Below are positions 49,159 through 59,383 of a DNA stretch of 64,000 bases, one piece after another (positions within the stretch are counted from its first letter, which is position 1; each line of letters opens with the position of its first letter). Under the pieces are notes generated by a model. It was given only the letters and a program-made list of their open reading frames with translations, was not told the origin of the DNA and did no database searches. Location: positions 384,001 through 448,000 of the forward strand of contig JAHPZH010000002.1 of assembly GCA_019058315.1 (NCBI GenBank), written 5' to 3'. A program made the translations under genes and the position numbers. This DNA comes from Candidatus Helarchaeota archaeon. GTDB taxonomy: Archaea; Asgardarchaeota; Lokiarchaeia; Helarchaeales; RDOG01.

Positions 49159-49924
49159 TAAAATCTAAAATTTTTTTGGAAAATTTTTCCTTTACTTCCT
49201 CAATATTATAATCTTCTATTTTTACTTCCATTAAAAACTGCTTACGCATTAAACTTAATTGCTTATGGAATTTCTTATGTAATTCTTTGCTGACAGTCCT
49301 ATTAATTAATTTTCTAGTAAGATTATCCAATGATTCTGATTTTCCAGGTTTAGATTTCGTTATGAGTGGTTCATTTTTAATCGGTTTTTTGATTCTAGAG
49401 ATAATTTTCGAATAGACCGAATTAACCATTTTTGAATCTTTTAAATCAGTTGTCTCTAAAGTAATCACAGGGATATCCCAAGAGTAATCTCCAGGTTCAT
49501 CCAATTTCTTATATACATCTTCAATAACAGAATTTGGAATTGGTAGACCCCTTTTTTCATTCCACTCAATAGCCTTCTCCAATGGTATCTTAATGAAAAT
49601 TGATAGAAAATGGGTATCAAAGGTATTTGTTATTTCAAATAGATTATGCCGCATTGATTTATAATAATTCAAATCGTCGTTGATAACATTAAAACCAAGT
49701 GTAAGACAGTCTTTGATAATATTTAAAGTTATTTTTCTAATAATAGGTTCCCGATCTGGATCAAAATTTTCATTATAACCGGGTATCATGTTTCTGATAT
49801 CATCTGAACCAATAACTACCGTAGGATGGCCATTTTCTTCAAAAATTTTTGCTAATTTTCTAGCAAATGTTGTTTTTCCAGCACTTGGGATTCCAATGAG
49901 ACCAAGAAGAAATTGATTAGTCAC
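49133..49924 (-). CDS. pstK: L-seryl-tRNA(Sec) kinase (PSTK/KTI12 family)
   Basis: GIPSAGKTT P-loop, GSDDIR, NDDLNYYKSMRH, NEKRGLPIP, EPGDYSWD, C-terminal helical bundle. Confidence 0.82.
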   Translation of the reverse strand: MTNQFLLGLIGIPSAGKTTFARKLAKIFEENGHPTVVIGSDDIRNMIPGYNENFDPDREPIIRKITLNIIKDCLTLGFNVINDDLNYYKSMRHNLFEITNTFDTHFLSIFIKIPLEKAIEWNEKRGLPIPNSVIEDVYKKLDEPGDYSWDIPVITLETTDLKDSKMVNSVYSKIISRIKKPIKNEPLITKSKPGKSESLDNLTRKLINRTVSKELHKKFHKQLSLMRKQFLMEVKIEDYNIEEVKEKFSKKILDFIKDHQKEV

Positions 49925-50102
49925 TGAGTTTCACAAATGAATTCATAAAATGTATTTTCAATAAATTATTAGTTAGTTTAAAATAATAATCCTTTTTTTA
50001 AAATCCTTTAAATTATTAGTAGTATTTTTATAATCATTATTAAAACAAAAAATCCGCTCAATTATTTGAAGTGAGATGAATATAAATAAATTGGGATTCT
50101 AA

Positions 50103-50858
50103 TTGTTAATTGATAGTCATTGTCACCTAGATTGGAAGTCCTTTAATAAGGATATAGATGATGTTATACAAAGAGCAAAGGAAAATGGTTTAATTGCTAT
50201 TATAACCTCTTCTTTTTTCGAAAATTTTGAAAAAACTTTAAATTATGCTGAAAAATTTAAAAACTATGTGTTTATTTCCTTGGGGTTACATCCTCCTCAA
50301 GTTAATATTAATTCAGTAAAAAGGACAATAAAATTAATTCAAGAAAATGCAAATAAGATTAAAGCTATAGGAGAAGTTGGTCTTGACTATTATTGGATAA
50401 AAGATCCTAAGAAAAGAGATGGCCAAAAAAAAGCATTTGTTGAATTTATAAATCTTTCAATAGAATTAGAATTACCAATAGTTATACATGCCCGAAATGC
50501 TCACTCTGACGCAATTAATATATTAGAGAATAATTCAGCTTCAAAAGTATTGATGCATTGTTTTAGTGGAAAAGTAATTGAAGTAAAAAGAGTAATTAAA
50601 AATGGATGGTATATATCAGTCCCAACATCCGTTACAAACCGCGGAGTTCATCAAAATATCGCAAAGGTATGCCCTCTAGAATATATGTTGCTTGAAACCG
50701 ATTCCCCTTTCTTATCCCCTTTTAAAAAAAGTCGTAATGAGCCTATGAACGTAAAGTACTCTGCAGAAAAAATTGCTGAGATTAAAAAAGTTACTGTAGA
50801 AGAAATTTCAGAAATAACTACAAAGAATGCAATTAAATTTTATAATTTAGACCTTTAA
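50103..50858 (+). CDS. tatD: TatD family nuclease
   Basis: IDSHCHLD, GLHP, IGEVGLDY, IHARNA, MHCFSG, LETDSPFL, RNEP. Confidence 0.95.
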   Translation: MLIDSHCHLDWKSFNKDIDDVIQRAKENGLIAIITSSFFENFEKTLNYAEKFKNYVFISLGLHPPQVNINSVKRTIKLIQENANKIKAIGEVGLDYYWIKDPKKRDGQKKAFVEFINLSIELELPIVIHARNAHSDAINILENNSASKVLMHCFSGKVIEVKRVIKNGWYISVPTSVTNRGVHQNIAKVCPLEYMLLETDSPFLSPFKKSRNEPMNVKYSAEKIAEIKKVTVEEISEITTKNAIKFYNLDL

Positions 50859-50873
50859 AAACCTAAGAATCGA

Positions 50874-51620
50874 TTAATCGAGGACCTTATCACAATTTCC
50901 ACAGTTCACATCATAACCTTTTCTATGAAAAGTGTATGCTTTTTCATCAATAGTCCAATTACAATATTTACATCGACCTAGATCCCAAGATGAGACTTTC
51001 TCCTCTTTCTCCTTTAATGTTATGGGATCTATTTTTCCATCTATTATATTTGTAATTGTATCCATTAGCTCTGGGATATTTGTTTGTTTATCCGTTAAAG
51101 AATCTTCTTCGGTTACAATACCAACTTTATCTATAATTGAGGGAATTTCTTTTAAAGCAATATCTTTAATAGGAGATTCTAATTCTGCACCACACTCTAC
51201 ACAAAATCCTACCATTGGAAAATTCACTTTCCCACATTTAAGACAAATATTTTCTTCATCAATACCAATAAGATTTAAATCAACTGTTATAACTTCTAAT
51301 ATTTCATCTAGACCTTTTTGTAAAGTTTCCTCTGTGATTTTTGCTGCTTTAGATCCAAAACCCCGAGGAATGATTCCATTTGAAACCTCAATAACTGTAA
51401 ATTCTTTAAGACCCGCCTTTGGGAAAATATTGAATTCAAATAATTCAGGATCGTATATAAGCCCTTTACGAGCTTTAATGTGAAAACCATTCTCAGTTTT
51501 TTTATATTCTAATTTCTTTTTTAAAAAAACAGAAAGGGTTTGTGTGATAATTTCGGCACATTTTGAAGCTGAATTAGTAACCGCAAATTTTTTTGTAAGA
51601 TAGGTGAGAGGCTGTGGCAT
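50874..51620 (-). CDS. Zinc-ribbon-containing hypothetical protein
   Basis: CLKC...CVECG and CKYC...CGNC pairs. Confidence 0.75.
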   Translation of the reverse strand: MPQPLTYLTKKFAVTNSASKCAEIITQTLSVFLKKKLEYKKTENGFHIKARKGLIYDPELFEFNIFPKAGLKEFTVIEVSNGIIPRGFGSKAAKITEETLQKGLDEILEVITVDLNLIGIDEENICLKCGKVNFPMVGFCVECGAELESPIKDIALKEIPSIIDKVGIVTEEDSLTDKQTNIPELMDTITNIIDGKIDPITLKEKEEKVSSWDLGRCKYCNWTIDEKAYTFHRKGYDVNCGNCDKVLD

Positions 51621-51698
51621 AATAAACCCTCAAATTAATAACTATTACTAGAACTATAATCATTTAAATCTCTATTGTTAATTATTTAATTTCAAGAT

Positions 51699-52241
51699 TT
51701 ATTTGATTTTTTCATTTTTGTCAAGTATCACAATCCCATCTGCCAGAATTTTTTTCCAATTGATGGGGAAATTAAGTACCAAATCCTTTATTTCAACTCT
51801 ACCATCACAATAGACTCCCTCAACACTGTTCCCATCAGTGATGAATAATTGTCCATCGAAGCTTAGAATGAAATATTCGCCCTTTTTAATCTTGATATCT
51901 TCTCTCCCACTTGCATTAAATTCTCTATAATAAACAACCTCATCTTGTGGTTGAATCATTAGTAACTTTTTATTTTTATAATCTTGAATGATTTCACTTT
52001 TTATTGCATCCACTTCTTTAGGAATTATGTGTCGTTCGTTAATGACTGGTCTGTAATTTGTTTGATAAACTCCCCACTGATTTGGGAAAATAACAGTCCA
52101 ATAGTCACTTAAATCAACGCCAATAGCATTCTTTGCCGTATTTTTAATGGTAAATCTAGCAAAAAAGTGGTCCGACGTATTTTTTTCGTATAATGCTTCA
52201 AGAATATGAATGGTTACTAATTTTCCTTTATAAAATAACAT
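51699..52241 (-). CDS. Hypothetical protein
   Basis: 180-aa ORF with normal composition; no motif recognised. Confidence 0.6.
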   Translation of the reverse strand: MLFYKGKLVTIHILEALYEKNTSDHFFARFTIKNTAKNAIGVDLSDYWTVIFPNQWGVYQTNYRPVINERHIIPKEVDAIKSEIIQDYKNKKLLMIQPQDEVVYYREFNASGREDIKIKKGEYFILSFDGQLFITDGNSVEGVYCDGRVEIKDLVLNFPINWKKILADGIVILDKNEKIK

Positions 52242-52328
52242 TTAAACATCTTCAGCCTTTTTTTATTTTTTATAAATATTTAACACTTTGCGTTCTCAAT
52301 TAAATAAACCATGAATGAACAATCTATT

Positions 52329-52748
52329 TTAAGGACTTATTAATTTTTGAACCTTATGAAGATGTCTGGAGATTTTTACAGCTTTAGATTCAATTTCGTG
52401 AACCGTACCTTTCTCAATAACGAAATGATTAATTTTAAGATTGGGATAGAATTTACGTTGGTCTTCTGCTAGATAGTGTAATTGGAGGCAATGCGGAGAG
52501 CCATCAATGGTAAGTATCGTTAATTCTTCTATGCTGGAATAACGGATCATTAAAGTTAATTTATATCCTACTTGATCCATATGGTAAGTTTCTAAACAAA
52601 TGTGCTTATGAGCTGGTGAATTAAATTTTTTCATGAAATCTTTTAGAATTTCGGGATATCTCAGTATTAAACAAGTTCCAGTAAGTAAAATTCTCTTTTT
52701 TTCCCTTAATTCATTATCTCCAAGGTTGGTTTCAAGTAGATTATACAT
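52329..52748 (-). CDS. Small Cys-containing protein related to the C-terminal domain of Fe-S binding proteins
   Basis: LLTGTC...ICLE...GYKL...TIDGSPHCLQLH. Confidence 0.6.
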   Translation of the reverse strand: MYNLLETNLGDNELREKKRILLTGTCLILRYPEILKDFMKKFNSPAHKHICLETYHMDQVGYKLTLMIRYSSIEELTILTIDGSPHCLQLHYLAEDQRKFYPNLKINHFVIEKGTVHEIESKAVKISRHLHKVQKLISP

Positions 52749-52854
52749 TTTTTTTCTCCAATATTTTTAAATCTAATAATAATTTTTAAATTAAAAATAT
52801 ATTCACTTATGGAAAATAAATATAAAATTTGTAGATTTAGACAATTTAAATGAC

Positions 52855-53817
52855 TTAGATGAGAAATTTACCTTCTTTTTGTATTAATTTACCATCAATT
52901 TCGATTGTAACCATATTCATAACTCCATCATGATGGATATTACTATATGTTTGACCCCCGATATTAATATTTTTACCTATAGCAAGATGAGCAGTTCCTT
53001 TCATCATTTTATCACCTATGGTCCCTGTTGTATGCTTTAGAGTGTGATTTGTTCCAATTCCTAATTCTGCAATATTATTTCCATTCTCATCTGCTGCTTC
53101 TATAATAGCTTGTATCTTAGCCGCTTCTTCAGCCCCTTCAATTTTTACTGCACGTCCATTTTCTATTAATATTTCTACAGGAGTTTTAATAGCCCCTACT
53201 TTTTCAAAAAAAACATCAATTAACCATATGCCTTGTGCTGTACCTTCTACAGGGGCTATAGCTGCTTCTGAATATTCTGGAACCGCACCCCAAGCTCCAG
53301 GAACAACATGTCTAACTCTTAAAGGAGCAGAAATTCTACCCTTCATAGATAATGAAACATCAGTACCTTTTTTTGTAGTAATTCTTGCTTCATTTCCATT
53401 TGTTAAAATATCTGCTAACTTTTCTGTTAATTCAGTGATTTCATAAATATCTTCATGCGAAATGTTTGGTTTAATATAAGGTACGCCTCCTACTCTTGCT
53501 CCAACATCGGTAGCTGCACGTCTTGCATTCATATGAAGAAATAATTGTATTGTGCTATGAGAAAGAACTCCCAAAATAACATCCGATTCAAGCATTTTTT
53601 TAGCTACTTCTTCTGGAGGTTCTATCTGCATTTCCTTTTCATTTAATTTGACCATTGTTACATTTGCATTTAAATCCTCTGCCTCCTCAGCTAAAAGTTT
53701 TGCACTTCTAGCAAAACCCCTTGAGGTAATAATTAATACCTTTTCATCTGGCTTAATTCCCATACAAGTCTCCACAATAACTCTTGCTCCCTTTCTATAA
53801 TCTAATTTTTTGCTCAT
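52855..53817 (-). CDS. M29-like (leucyl) aminopeptidase
   Basis: TKKGTDVSLS, EAAIAPVEGTAQG, IAELGIGTN, GTAHLAIG, SNIHHDG. Confidence 0.85.
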   Translation of the reverse strand: MSKKLDYRKGARVIVETCMGIKPDEKVLIITSRGFARSAKLLAEEAEDLNANVTMVKLNEKEMQIEPPEEVAKKMLESDVILGVLSHSTIQLFLHMNARRAATDVGARVGGVPYIKPNISHEDIYEITELTEKLADILTNGNEARITTKKGTDVSLSMKGRISAPLRVRHVVPGAWGAVPEYSEAAIAPVEGTAQGIWLIDVFFEKVGAIKTPVEILIENGRAVKIEGAEEAAKIQAIIEAADENGNNIAELGIGTNHTLKHTTGTIGDKMMKGTAHLAIGKNINIGGQTYSNIHHDGVMNMVTIEIDGKLIQKEGKFLI

Positions 53818-53980
53818 TTAATCTTAAACCTCAAGATTTTATTATTTATCAATTGTAGCAATTATTATTTAAATTCATTAATATTGTTTTAACTTCATAA
53901 TTAATCATAAGATAATAGAATAACATCTTATCAAATAACCTTATAAATTTATGAATTAAAACAATTTGGAGAGTTAAATA

Positions 53981-55336
53981 ATGTCTCATCTTACTAAAGC
54001 AGCTTTAACAATCGCTGGTTCAGATAGCGGCGGCGGTGCAGGAATTCAAGCAGACTTAAAAACTTTTTCTGCATTAGGAATCCATGGAACATCCGTAATC
54101 ACTGCCATCACGGCTCAAAACACGAAAAAAATATATGAAATTCTAGAATTACCACTAAAAATTATCGAACAACAATTAATTGCGGTATTAACTGATTTTG
54201 AAATAAAATTTGCTAAAACGGGAATGCTTTATAATAAAGAAATAATTGAGTTAATTTCAAATAAAATTGAAGAATTTAAATTCAAATTAATTCTTGATCC
54301 AATAATTTTAGCCAGTTCTGGTACAAGACTATTAAAAGAGGATGCTGTAAATACTTTAATCAAGTCTTTATTTCCAAAAACTTTTGTTATAACTCCAAAT
54401 ATCATAGAAGCAGGGAAAATAACTGGAAATTCAGTTCAAAATGTTGAAGATATGAAAGAGGCTGCGAAAAATATTAAAAAACTCGGCCCTGAAGCTGTTT
54501 TAATAAAGGGAGGTCATTTAAATAGTAAACAAATCGTTGATATCTTATATTATAACGAACAATTTACGAGTTTTGAAAAAAATAAACTAAACTATCAACT
54601 TCATGGTACAGGTTGCACTTTATCAGCAGCAATTACTGCATATCTGACTTTAAATAATCCATTAAATGATGCGGTGGTTAAAGCTGAAGATTTCATAGAT
54701 TTAGCTGTTCAATATCCAATAATAACAAAAAGTGGGATATACCCGGTTAATCCTCTTGCAAAACTAGAACTTACTGCTAAACGATTCCATATACTCGAGA
54801 ATTTAAAATTAGCTATTAATATAATTGAAGGCGAAAAAAGATTTTCTCAATTAATACCTGAAGTCCGATCAAATATAGCTATGACCTTTCCAAATGTCCA
54901 ATCTACTGATGATATTGCAACTACTGAGGGAAGAATTACTATAATAAATAGCTTTCCTAGGTCATCAGGTAAAATTCATTTTGGAGGAATTCATCACGTC
55001 CCTAGGTTGATATTAAGCGCTCAAAAATTCGATCCTACTGTCATTGCGGCAATGAATATAAGATTTTCTCCCGAAATATTTCATGCTTGTCAAAAAGCTA
55101 AATTATCTGTAATAAAAATTGACCGAACTAAAGAACCTAAAGAAAAATCTAAAATTGAGGGTAAAAGTATGAGTTGGATTATTGAAGAAGCTATAAAAAT
55201 AAATAAGGGTAAAATCCCAGATCTAATTGCTGATGAAGGTGCATTAGGGAAAGAAGCAATGATTCGAATTTTTGGACATTCTGCTATTGATGTTGTTGAT
55301 AAAGCATTTCAAATCCTGAAATATATAAATATTTAA
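53981..55336 (+). CDS. thiDN: Bifunctional HMP/HMP-P kinase - thiamine-phosphate synthase ThiN
   Basis: TIAGSDSGGGAGIQADLKT, HGTGCTLSAA; C-terminal LIPEVRSNIA...AMNIRF...GKEAMIR. Confidence 0.93.
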   Translation: MSHLTKAALTIAGSDSGGGAGIQADLKTFSALGIHGTSVITAITAQNTKKIYEILELPLKIIEQQLIAVLTDFEIKFAKTGMLYNKEIIELISNKIEEFKFKLILDPIILASSGTRLLKEDAVNTLIKSLFPKTFVITPNIIEAGKITGNSVQNVEDMKEAAKNIKKLGPEAVLIKGGHLNSKQIVDILYYNEQFTSFEKNKLNYQLHGTGCTLSAAITAYLTLNNPLNDAVVKAEDFIDLAVQYPIITKSGIYPVNPLAKLELTAKRFHILENLKLAINIIEGEKRFSQLIPEVRSNIAMTFPNVQSTDDIATTEGRITIINSFPRSSGKIHFGGIHHVPRLILSAQKFDPTVIAAMNIRFSPEIFHACQKAKLSVIKIDRTKEPKEKSKIEGKSMSWIIEEAIKINKGKIPDLIADEGALGKEAMIRIFGHSAIDVVDKAFQILKYINI

Positions 55337-55370
55337 GATTTTTTTTAATTTCTTATCATTTTTTTCTTTC

Positions 55371-55775
55371 TTACTTATTTTCTGAATAATGCTTAATATT
55401 CGCATAAATACCTATCGCTATCAGAATTGGACCTACAATAAATGTCAAAGGTATAAGAGCAATATTGGAATAGAAAAAATTTGCTTCCCAGTTTAGGTAA
55501 AAAATATAATTTGAATAAAGCCCAAATCCAAGTCCGATTAATAAAATACCCGTTATAATAATAGGGAATCTTAGCAGGAAGTTTAGAAAGTCAAGTGGAC
55601 TACTGGTATAACGTTCACTATGTCTTTCTTCGCCCTCTATTCGCAACCCATGATAATAATTCGGTCTAGCGTCTTCCATTCTTTTACATTCGGGGCATAG
55701 ACCACCGAAATTAGTATATTGTATTTCTGAAATTTCTTCTCCGCAATTTTCACAGTATGGCATAGACTTAACCAC
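55371..55775 (-). CDS. Zinc-finger membrane protein
   Basis: CENC...CPEC followed by two TM helices. Confidence 0.7.
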   Translation of the reverse strand: MVKSMPYCENCGEEISEIQYTNFGGLCPECKRMEDARPNYYHGLRIEGEERHSERYTSSPLDFLNFLLRFPIIITGILLIGLGFGLYSNYIFYLNWEANFFYSNIALIPLTFIVGPILIAIGIYANIKHYSENK

Positions 55776-55860
55776 ATCCTCTTTATTGTATCAATATTAA
55801 AAATAATCAAATTTAAATCTTTATAAATAAGAAGGATCTCTACAAATATTAAAAAATTCG

Positions 55861-57255
55861 TTATTTTTTTAATTGTAAACCAATAATATTATCTAATTCT
55901 GCTAGGAAATCTTCAAATTTCGCCATTTTAATATAACCGCCACCAGAATTAGTATGACCTCCTCCAAAACCACCGACAATATTCGCTGCTTTTTTTAATG
56001 CATCTCCTAGATTAATACCTTTTTTTACAAGAGGTGAGTGACAACGTGCAGAAAATTTGATTTTATCTTCAGTTTGGGCTAAACAAATCAAAATTTTATT
56101 CGGATCTGAAACTCTACTTGATAGAACCATAGAACAAACAGTACCAATTAAATTAGGCTCAATTTTGTCAGAAATTGAATATATTACATTTTGTTTTTCA
56201 TTTATTGAGTCAGTAACATCCTTTATTCCTATAAATAATTTATTTGTATCGTCTTCAAATAGTTCAACAGCACGTCTATATGTGTCATAATCACTTTTCA
56301 AGCATACTTCAAGCCCAATTTTCGCCTGCCCCCTTCTACCACAAGCATTGATTAGGAAACCAAATTCTCTGGCATCTCTTTTCATTGTACCCTCCTGTTC
56401 TTTTAATAATGTATAAACCTTACCATATAAACTAGCGATTACATTTTCTGGAAGTTTTCCTTTCAATCTAGATTTTAGAGCTTCCCAAAATTGGCCTTTT
56501 TTATCCTCATCTAAATCTATCCATCTTTGTTTCTTATCTATATTTAGACTTGATAAAAAGTTTTTACATGCATTTAAATCAGCAGTTAATGATGGAAGGA
56601 CCGGAAATGAAATGAAAAGTAAATTCAACATAGAATAGGTCTGTCTTCCTAGTAAACGTATGTCTTCTTCCCTTTTTATATATTTCTGTGCTTCTGCTTC
56701 CCTGCATATTTCATCATTATAACCTATTAAGTCTCCTTTTGAATCCTGCCATTCAGCAATTGCTGCAACTACTGCAAGTGGTGACATCTCAACATGTTTT
56801 TCAACTTGATTTGCTACAAGATATGCCAAACCTCCTGCTGAAATAGATTGAGTGCCATCAATACCTGCAAGCCAAGGATTAATATGTGCAACTTTTTCAT
56901 TTGAAGGAATTTTTTGAGCTGTTTTATGATGATCTATTACCAAAATACATTTATTTGGAAATTTAGTTAGAATAAAATCCAAAATTGTGGAACCACAATC
57001 ACAAAAAATAAGAAAATCAAAGTTATTTTGGTTTTCAGCAATAGAATCAATAATATCATTTCTTAAAGAATGTGTAAATCTATAATTAATTTGTCCGTTA
57101 TGAGATCTAATAACTTTAGTTAAAACAGCTGCTCCTGTTACACCATCTGCATCTAGATGTGCTACACAATAAAAATTTGAACCTTTTTTTAATTCTACTT
57201 GAAGCAATTGTGCTCCATTTCTGATTATTTCTAGAAATTTTTCATGTTCCGACAT
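55861..57255 (-). CDS. DHH/DHHA1 RecJ-like nuclease (GAN/HAN/Cdc45 superfamily)
   Basis: HLDADG, DCGS, IDHH, INP, LINACGR, FSAR, GGGH. Confidence 0.9.
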   Translation of the reverse strand: MSEHEKFLEIIRNGAQLLQVELKKGSNFYCVAHLDADGVTGAAVLTKVIRSHNGQINYRFTHSLRNDIIDSIAENQNNFDFLIFCDCGSTILDFILTKFPNKCILVIDHHKTAQKIPSNEKVAHINPWLAGIDGTQSISAGGLAYLVANQVEKHVEMSPLAVVAAIAEWQDSKGDLIGYNDEICREAEAQKYIKREEDIRLLGRQTYSMLNLLFISFPVLPSLTADLNACKNFLSSLNIDKKQRWIDLDEDKKGQFWEALKSRLKGKLPENVIASLYGKVYTLLKEQEGTMKRDAREFGFLINACGRRGQAKIGLEVCLKSDYDTYRRAVELFEDDTNKLFIGIKDVTDSINEKQNVIYSISDKIEPNLIGTVCSMVLSSRVSDPNKILICLAQTEDKIKFSARCHSPLVKKGINLGDALKKAANIVGGFGGGHTNSGGGYIKMAKFEDFLAELDNIIGLQLKK

Positions 57256-57307
57256 TTTCTGCAGATTAAACAGCTATTAAGAAAGAGAAAGAGATAAAAA
57301 ATTAAAA

Positions 57308-57613
57308 TTATGGGCTTCCCTTGTTAATCATATCTTTTATTTTGTTTATTTCGCCAGGATCCTTAACTATTGGAATATTTTCAAAATATCCTGGTAAACC
57401 TTTTGTCAGTTCTTCAATCAATAATAATAAAGCTTTATCCGATGGAATATCTTTAACAGAAAAAGAACCTGGAAATTCGAAAACTGCTTCTTTCCAAGTG
57501 CCCGGTTCTTTTGAAACTAAGCAATAGATATAATCTTTCGTATAAATTATGACAGAACTCTTTCCCGGTTCCGTAGTCTCATCAATAACCTTTATCATAT
57601 CTTCTTTACTCAT
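57308..57613 (-). CDS. Hypothetical protein
   Basis: 101-aa ORF with GGTGA SD, co-oriented with the DHH gene. Confidence 0.7.
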   Translation of the reverse strand: MSKEDMIKVIDETTEPGKSSVIIYTKDYIYCLVSKEPGTWKEAVFEFPGSFSVKDIPSDKALLLLIEELTKGLPGYFENIPIVKDPGEINKIKDMINKGSP

Positions 57614-57778
57614 TTTCTCACCAATTTTTAAAATGAGATTAAATCATCAAATTATTAATTACCAATTAGTTCAGATTTGGTTTAAATTAATCTTACCCAT
57701 ACTTAATAATATAAACTATTTAAAGGTGTTAAACAATTTATTTATATAAATCAATCGAGGGCAACCGGAGAGGTATTA

Positions 57779-58339
57779 ATGGTTAAAGATAGTTATAAAA
57801 TCGTAAATGTAGTGGCTTCGGTTACATTAGATGATGAGATTGATTTGTATAGAGTTGCAAGAAAATATAAAGATATTGAATGGAACCCTGAACGCTTTCC
57901 CGGATTAATTATGAGAATTATCAAGCCTAAAGCATGTATCTTAATGTTTCACACTGGTAAAATGGTAGTTACAGGTCTATCTCGAGAAAAAGACATTCAG
58001 GAAGTTACAAAAGGTGTACTTGAGAAAATAAAAAATGCTGGTATAATAATAAAATCAGAACCAAAGATAAAAATTCAAAATGTCGTAGCAAGTGGTGATT
58101 TAGGATCCGAAATTAATCTTGATCTAGCTTCTATTCTTCTAAAAAGAGCTATTTATGAACCAGAGGTGTTTCCCGGTCTAATATTTCGAATGACTGAACC
58201 TAAAACCGCTTTTTTAATTTTTAGTTCGGGAAGAATTGTCATTGCTGGCGCAAAAAATGAAGATATAATCAAAGAGGGAATTAAGAAATTAAAGGAACAA
58301 TTAAATGAATTAGATTTAATAAAAGAAAAAGAAAGTTAA
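57779..58339 (+). CDS. tbp: TATA-box-binding protein
   Basis: IVNVVAS...NPERFPGLIMR...FHTGKMVVTG / IQNVVAS...YEPEVFPGLIFR...FSSGRIVIAG direct repeat. Confidence 0.97.
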   Translation: MVKDSYKIVNVVASVTLDDEIDLYRVARKYKDIEWNPERFPGLIMRIIKPKACILMFHTGKMVVTGLSREKDIQEVTKGVLEKIKNAGIIIKSEPKIKIQNVVASGDLGSEINLDLASILLKRAIYEPEVFPGLIFRMTEPKTAFLIFSSGRIVIAGAKNEDIIKEGIKKLKEQLNELDLIKEKES

Positions 58340-58349
58340 ATCTTAAATA

Positions 58350-58826
58350 TTATTTTAAAATATTAACGTTTGTCTTTAATTTCTTGAGTGTATCTTCTAA
58401 TTTCTCTACAATCATTCGAGTTCCGGAGGTTATATCCATAAATCCTAATTCATTTTCATATCGAGGTACTAAATGAAAATGTAAATGATTTATAATACTT
58501 GCACCAGCAGCTTTCCCTTGATTTAAACCAATATTAAAACCAACAGGAGAATAAACTTTTTCCAACAATTTTACGGATTTTTGAATGGTTTTCATAATAA
58601 TAAGTAAATCTTTATCTGCTAAATCCTCAAATTTTTCAATGTGTTTTTTTGGAGCTATTAATAAATGAGCTGGATTGTATGGATATTTATTTAAAATTAT
58701 TATAATATCGTCTGTTTCAAAAAGTACTAGGTCTAAAGGATTACAAAAAATGCATTTTTCTGTTTTTTTACTGGTCACGTAGCTCATCTTATCAATAAAC
58801 TTATAATCTCGAAATTTTTTCTCCAA
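58350..58826 (-). CDS. HIT family hydrolase
   Basis: CIFC, NKYPYNPAHLLIAP, GFNIGLNQGKAAGAS, HLHFHLVPR. Confidence 0.95.
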   Translation of the reverse strand: MEKKFRDYKFIDKMSYVTSKKTEKCIFCNPLDLVLFETDDIIIILNKYPYNPAHLLIAPKKHIEKFEDLADKDLLIIMKTIQKSVKLLEKVYSPVGFNIGLNQGKAAGASIINHLHFHLVPRYENELGFMDITSGTRMIVEKLEDTLKKLKTNVNILK

Positions 58827-58857
58827 ATCTATTTTGTCCTTTTCTGAATAATAATGC

Positions 58858-59295
58858 TTATTTTGATTGGAATTTTTTTAAAATATTATTTAAAACGTTT
58901 TTTAAAGCGGGTTCACCTACAGCTCCAATTACCTTATCAATTAAATTACCTTTAGAAAATATTAAAAAGGTAGGAATTCCCATAACTCCAAATTTTATTA
59001 AAATTTGTTGATTTAAATCTGCATTAAGTGAACAGAATAAGATTTTATTACTATATTCGGGGGAATTAGCTAATTTTTCAAAAATAGGGGCCATCATCTT
59101 ACAAGGCATACACCAATCTGCCCATAAATCAACAATGCTTAAGTTTGCCTTACTAATTACTTCATAAAAATTACTTGAATTAAGTTCCACAATACCTTTA
59201 GCAGATTCTTGCTGAGGATTTTGAATGCGATGTTTAAGTTGTTCCATTTTTTTTAAGCGAAGCTTTCTTAATTCTTCATCTTCTTGATCGTTCAA
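58858..59295 (-). CDS. trxA: Thioredoxin
   Basis: VDLWADWCMPCK, VMGIPTFLIF, IGA. Confidence 0.93.
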   Translation of the reverse strand: MNDQEDEELRKLRLKKMEQLKHRIQNPQQESAKGIVELNSSNFYEVISKANLSIVDLWADWCMPCKMMAPIFEKLANSPEYSNKILFCSLNADLNQQILIKFGVMGIPTFLIFSKGNLIDKVIGAVGEPALKNVLNNILKKFQSK

Positions 59296-59383
59296 TTTTT
59301 CTAATTCTCCTATAACTAATTTGTTCTTCTAAAATGTAAAATCTCATTTATATTAAAAATATAAACATATAACTTCAGAAATA

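Noticed and set aside
59220-59295. PDCD5/phosducin-like N-terminal helix on thioredoxin (DEELRKLRLKKMEQLK)
   Set aside because: Common in archaeal thioredoxins; not novel
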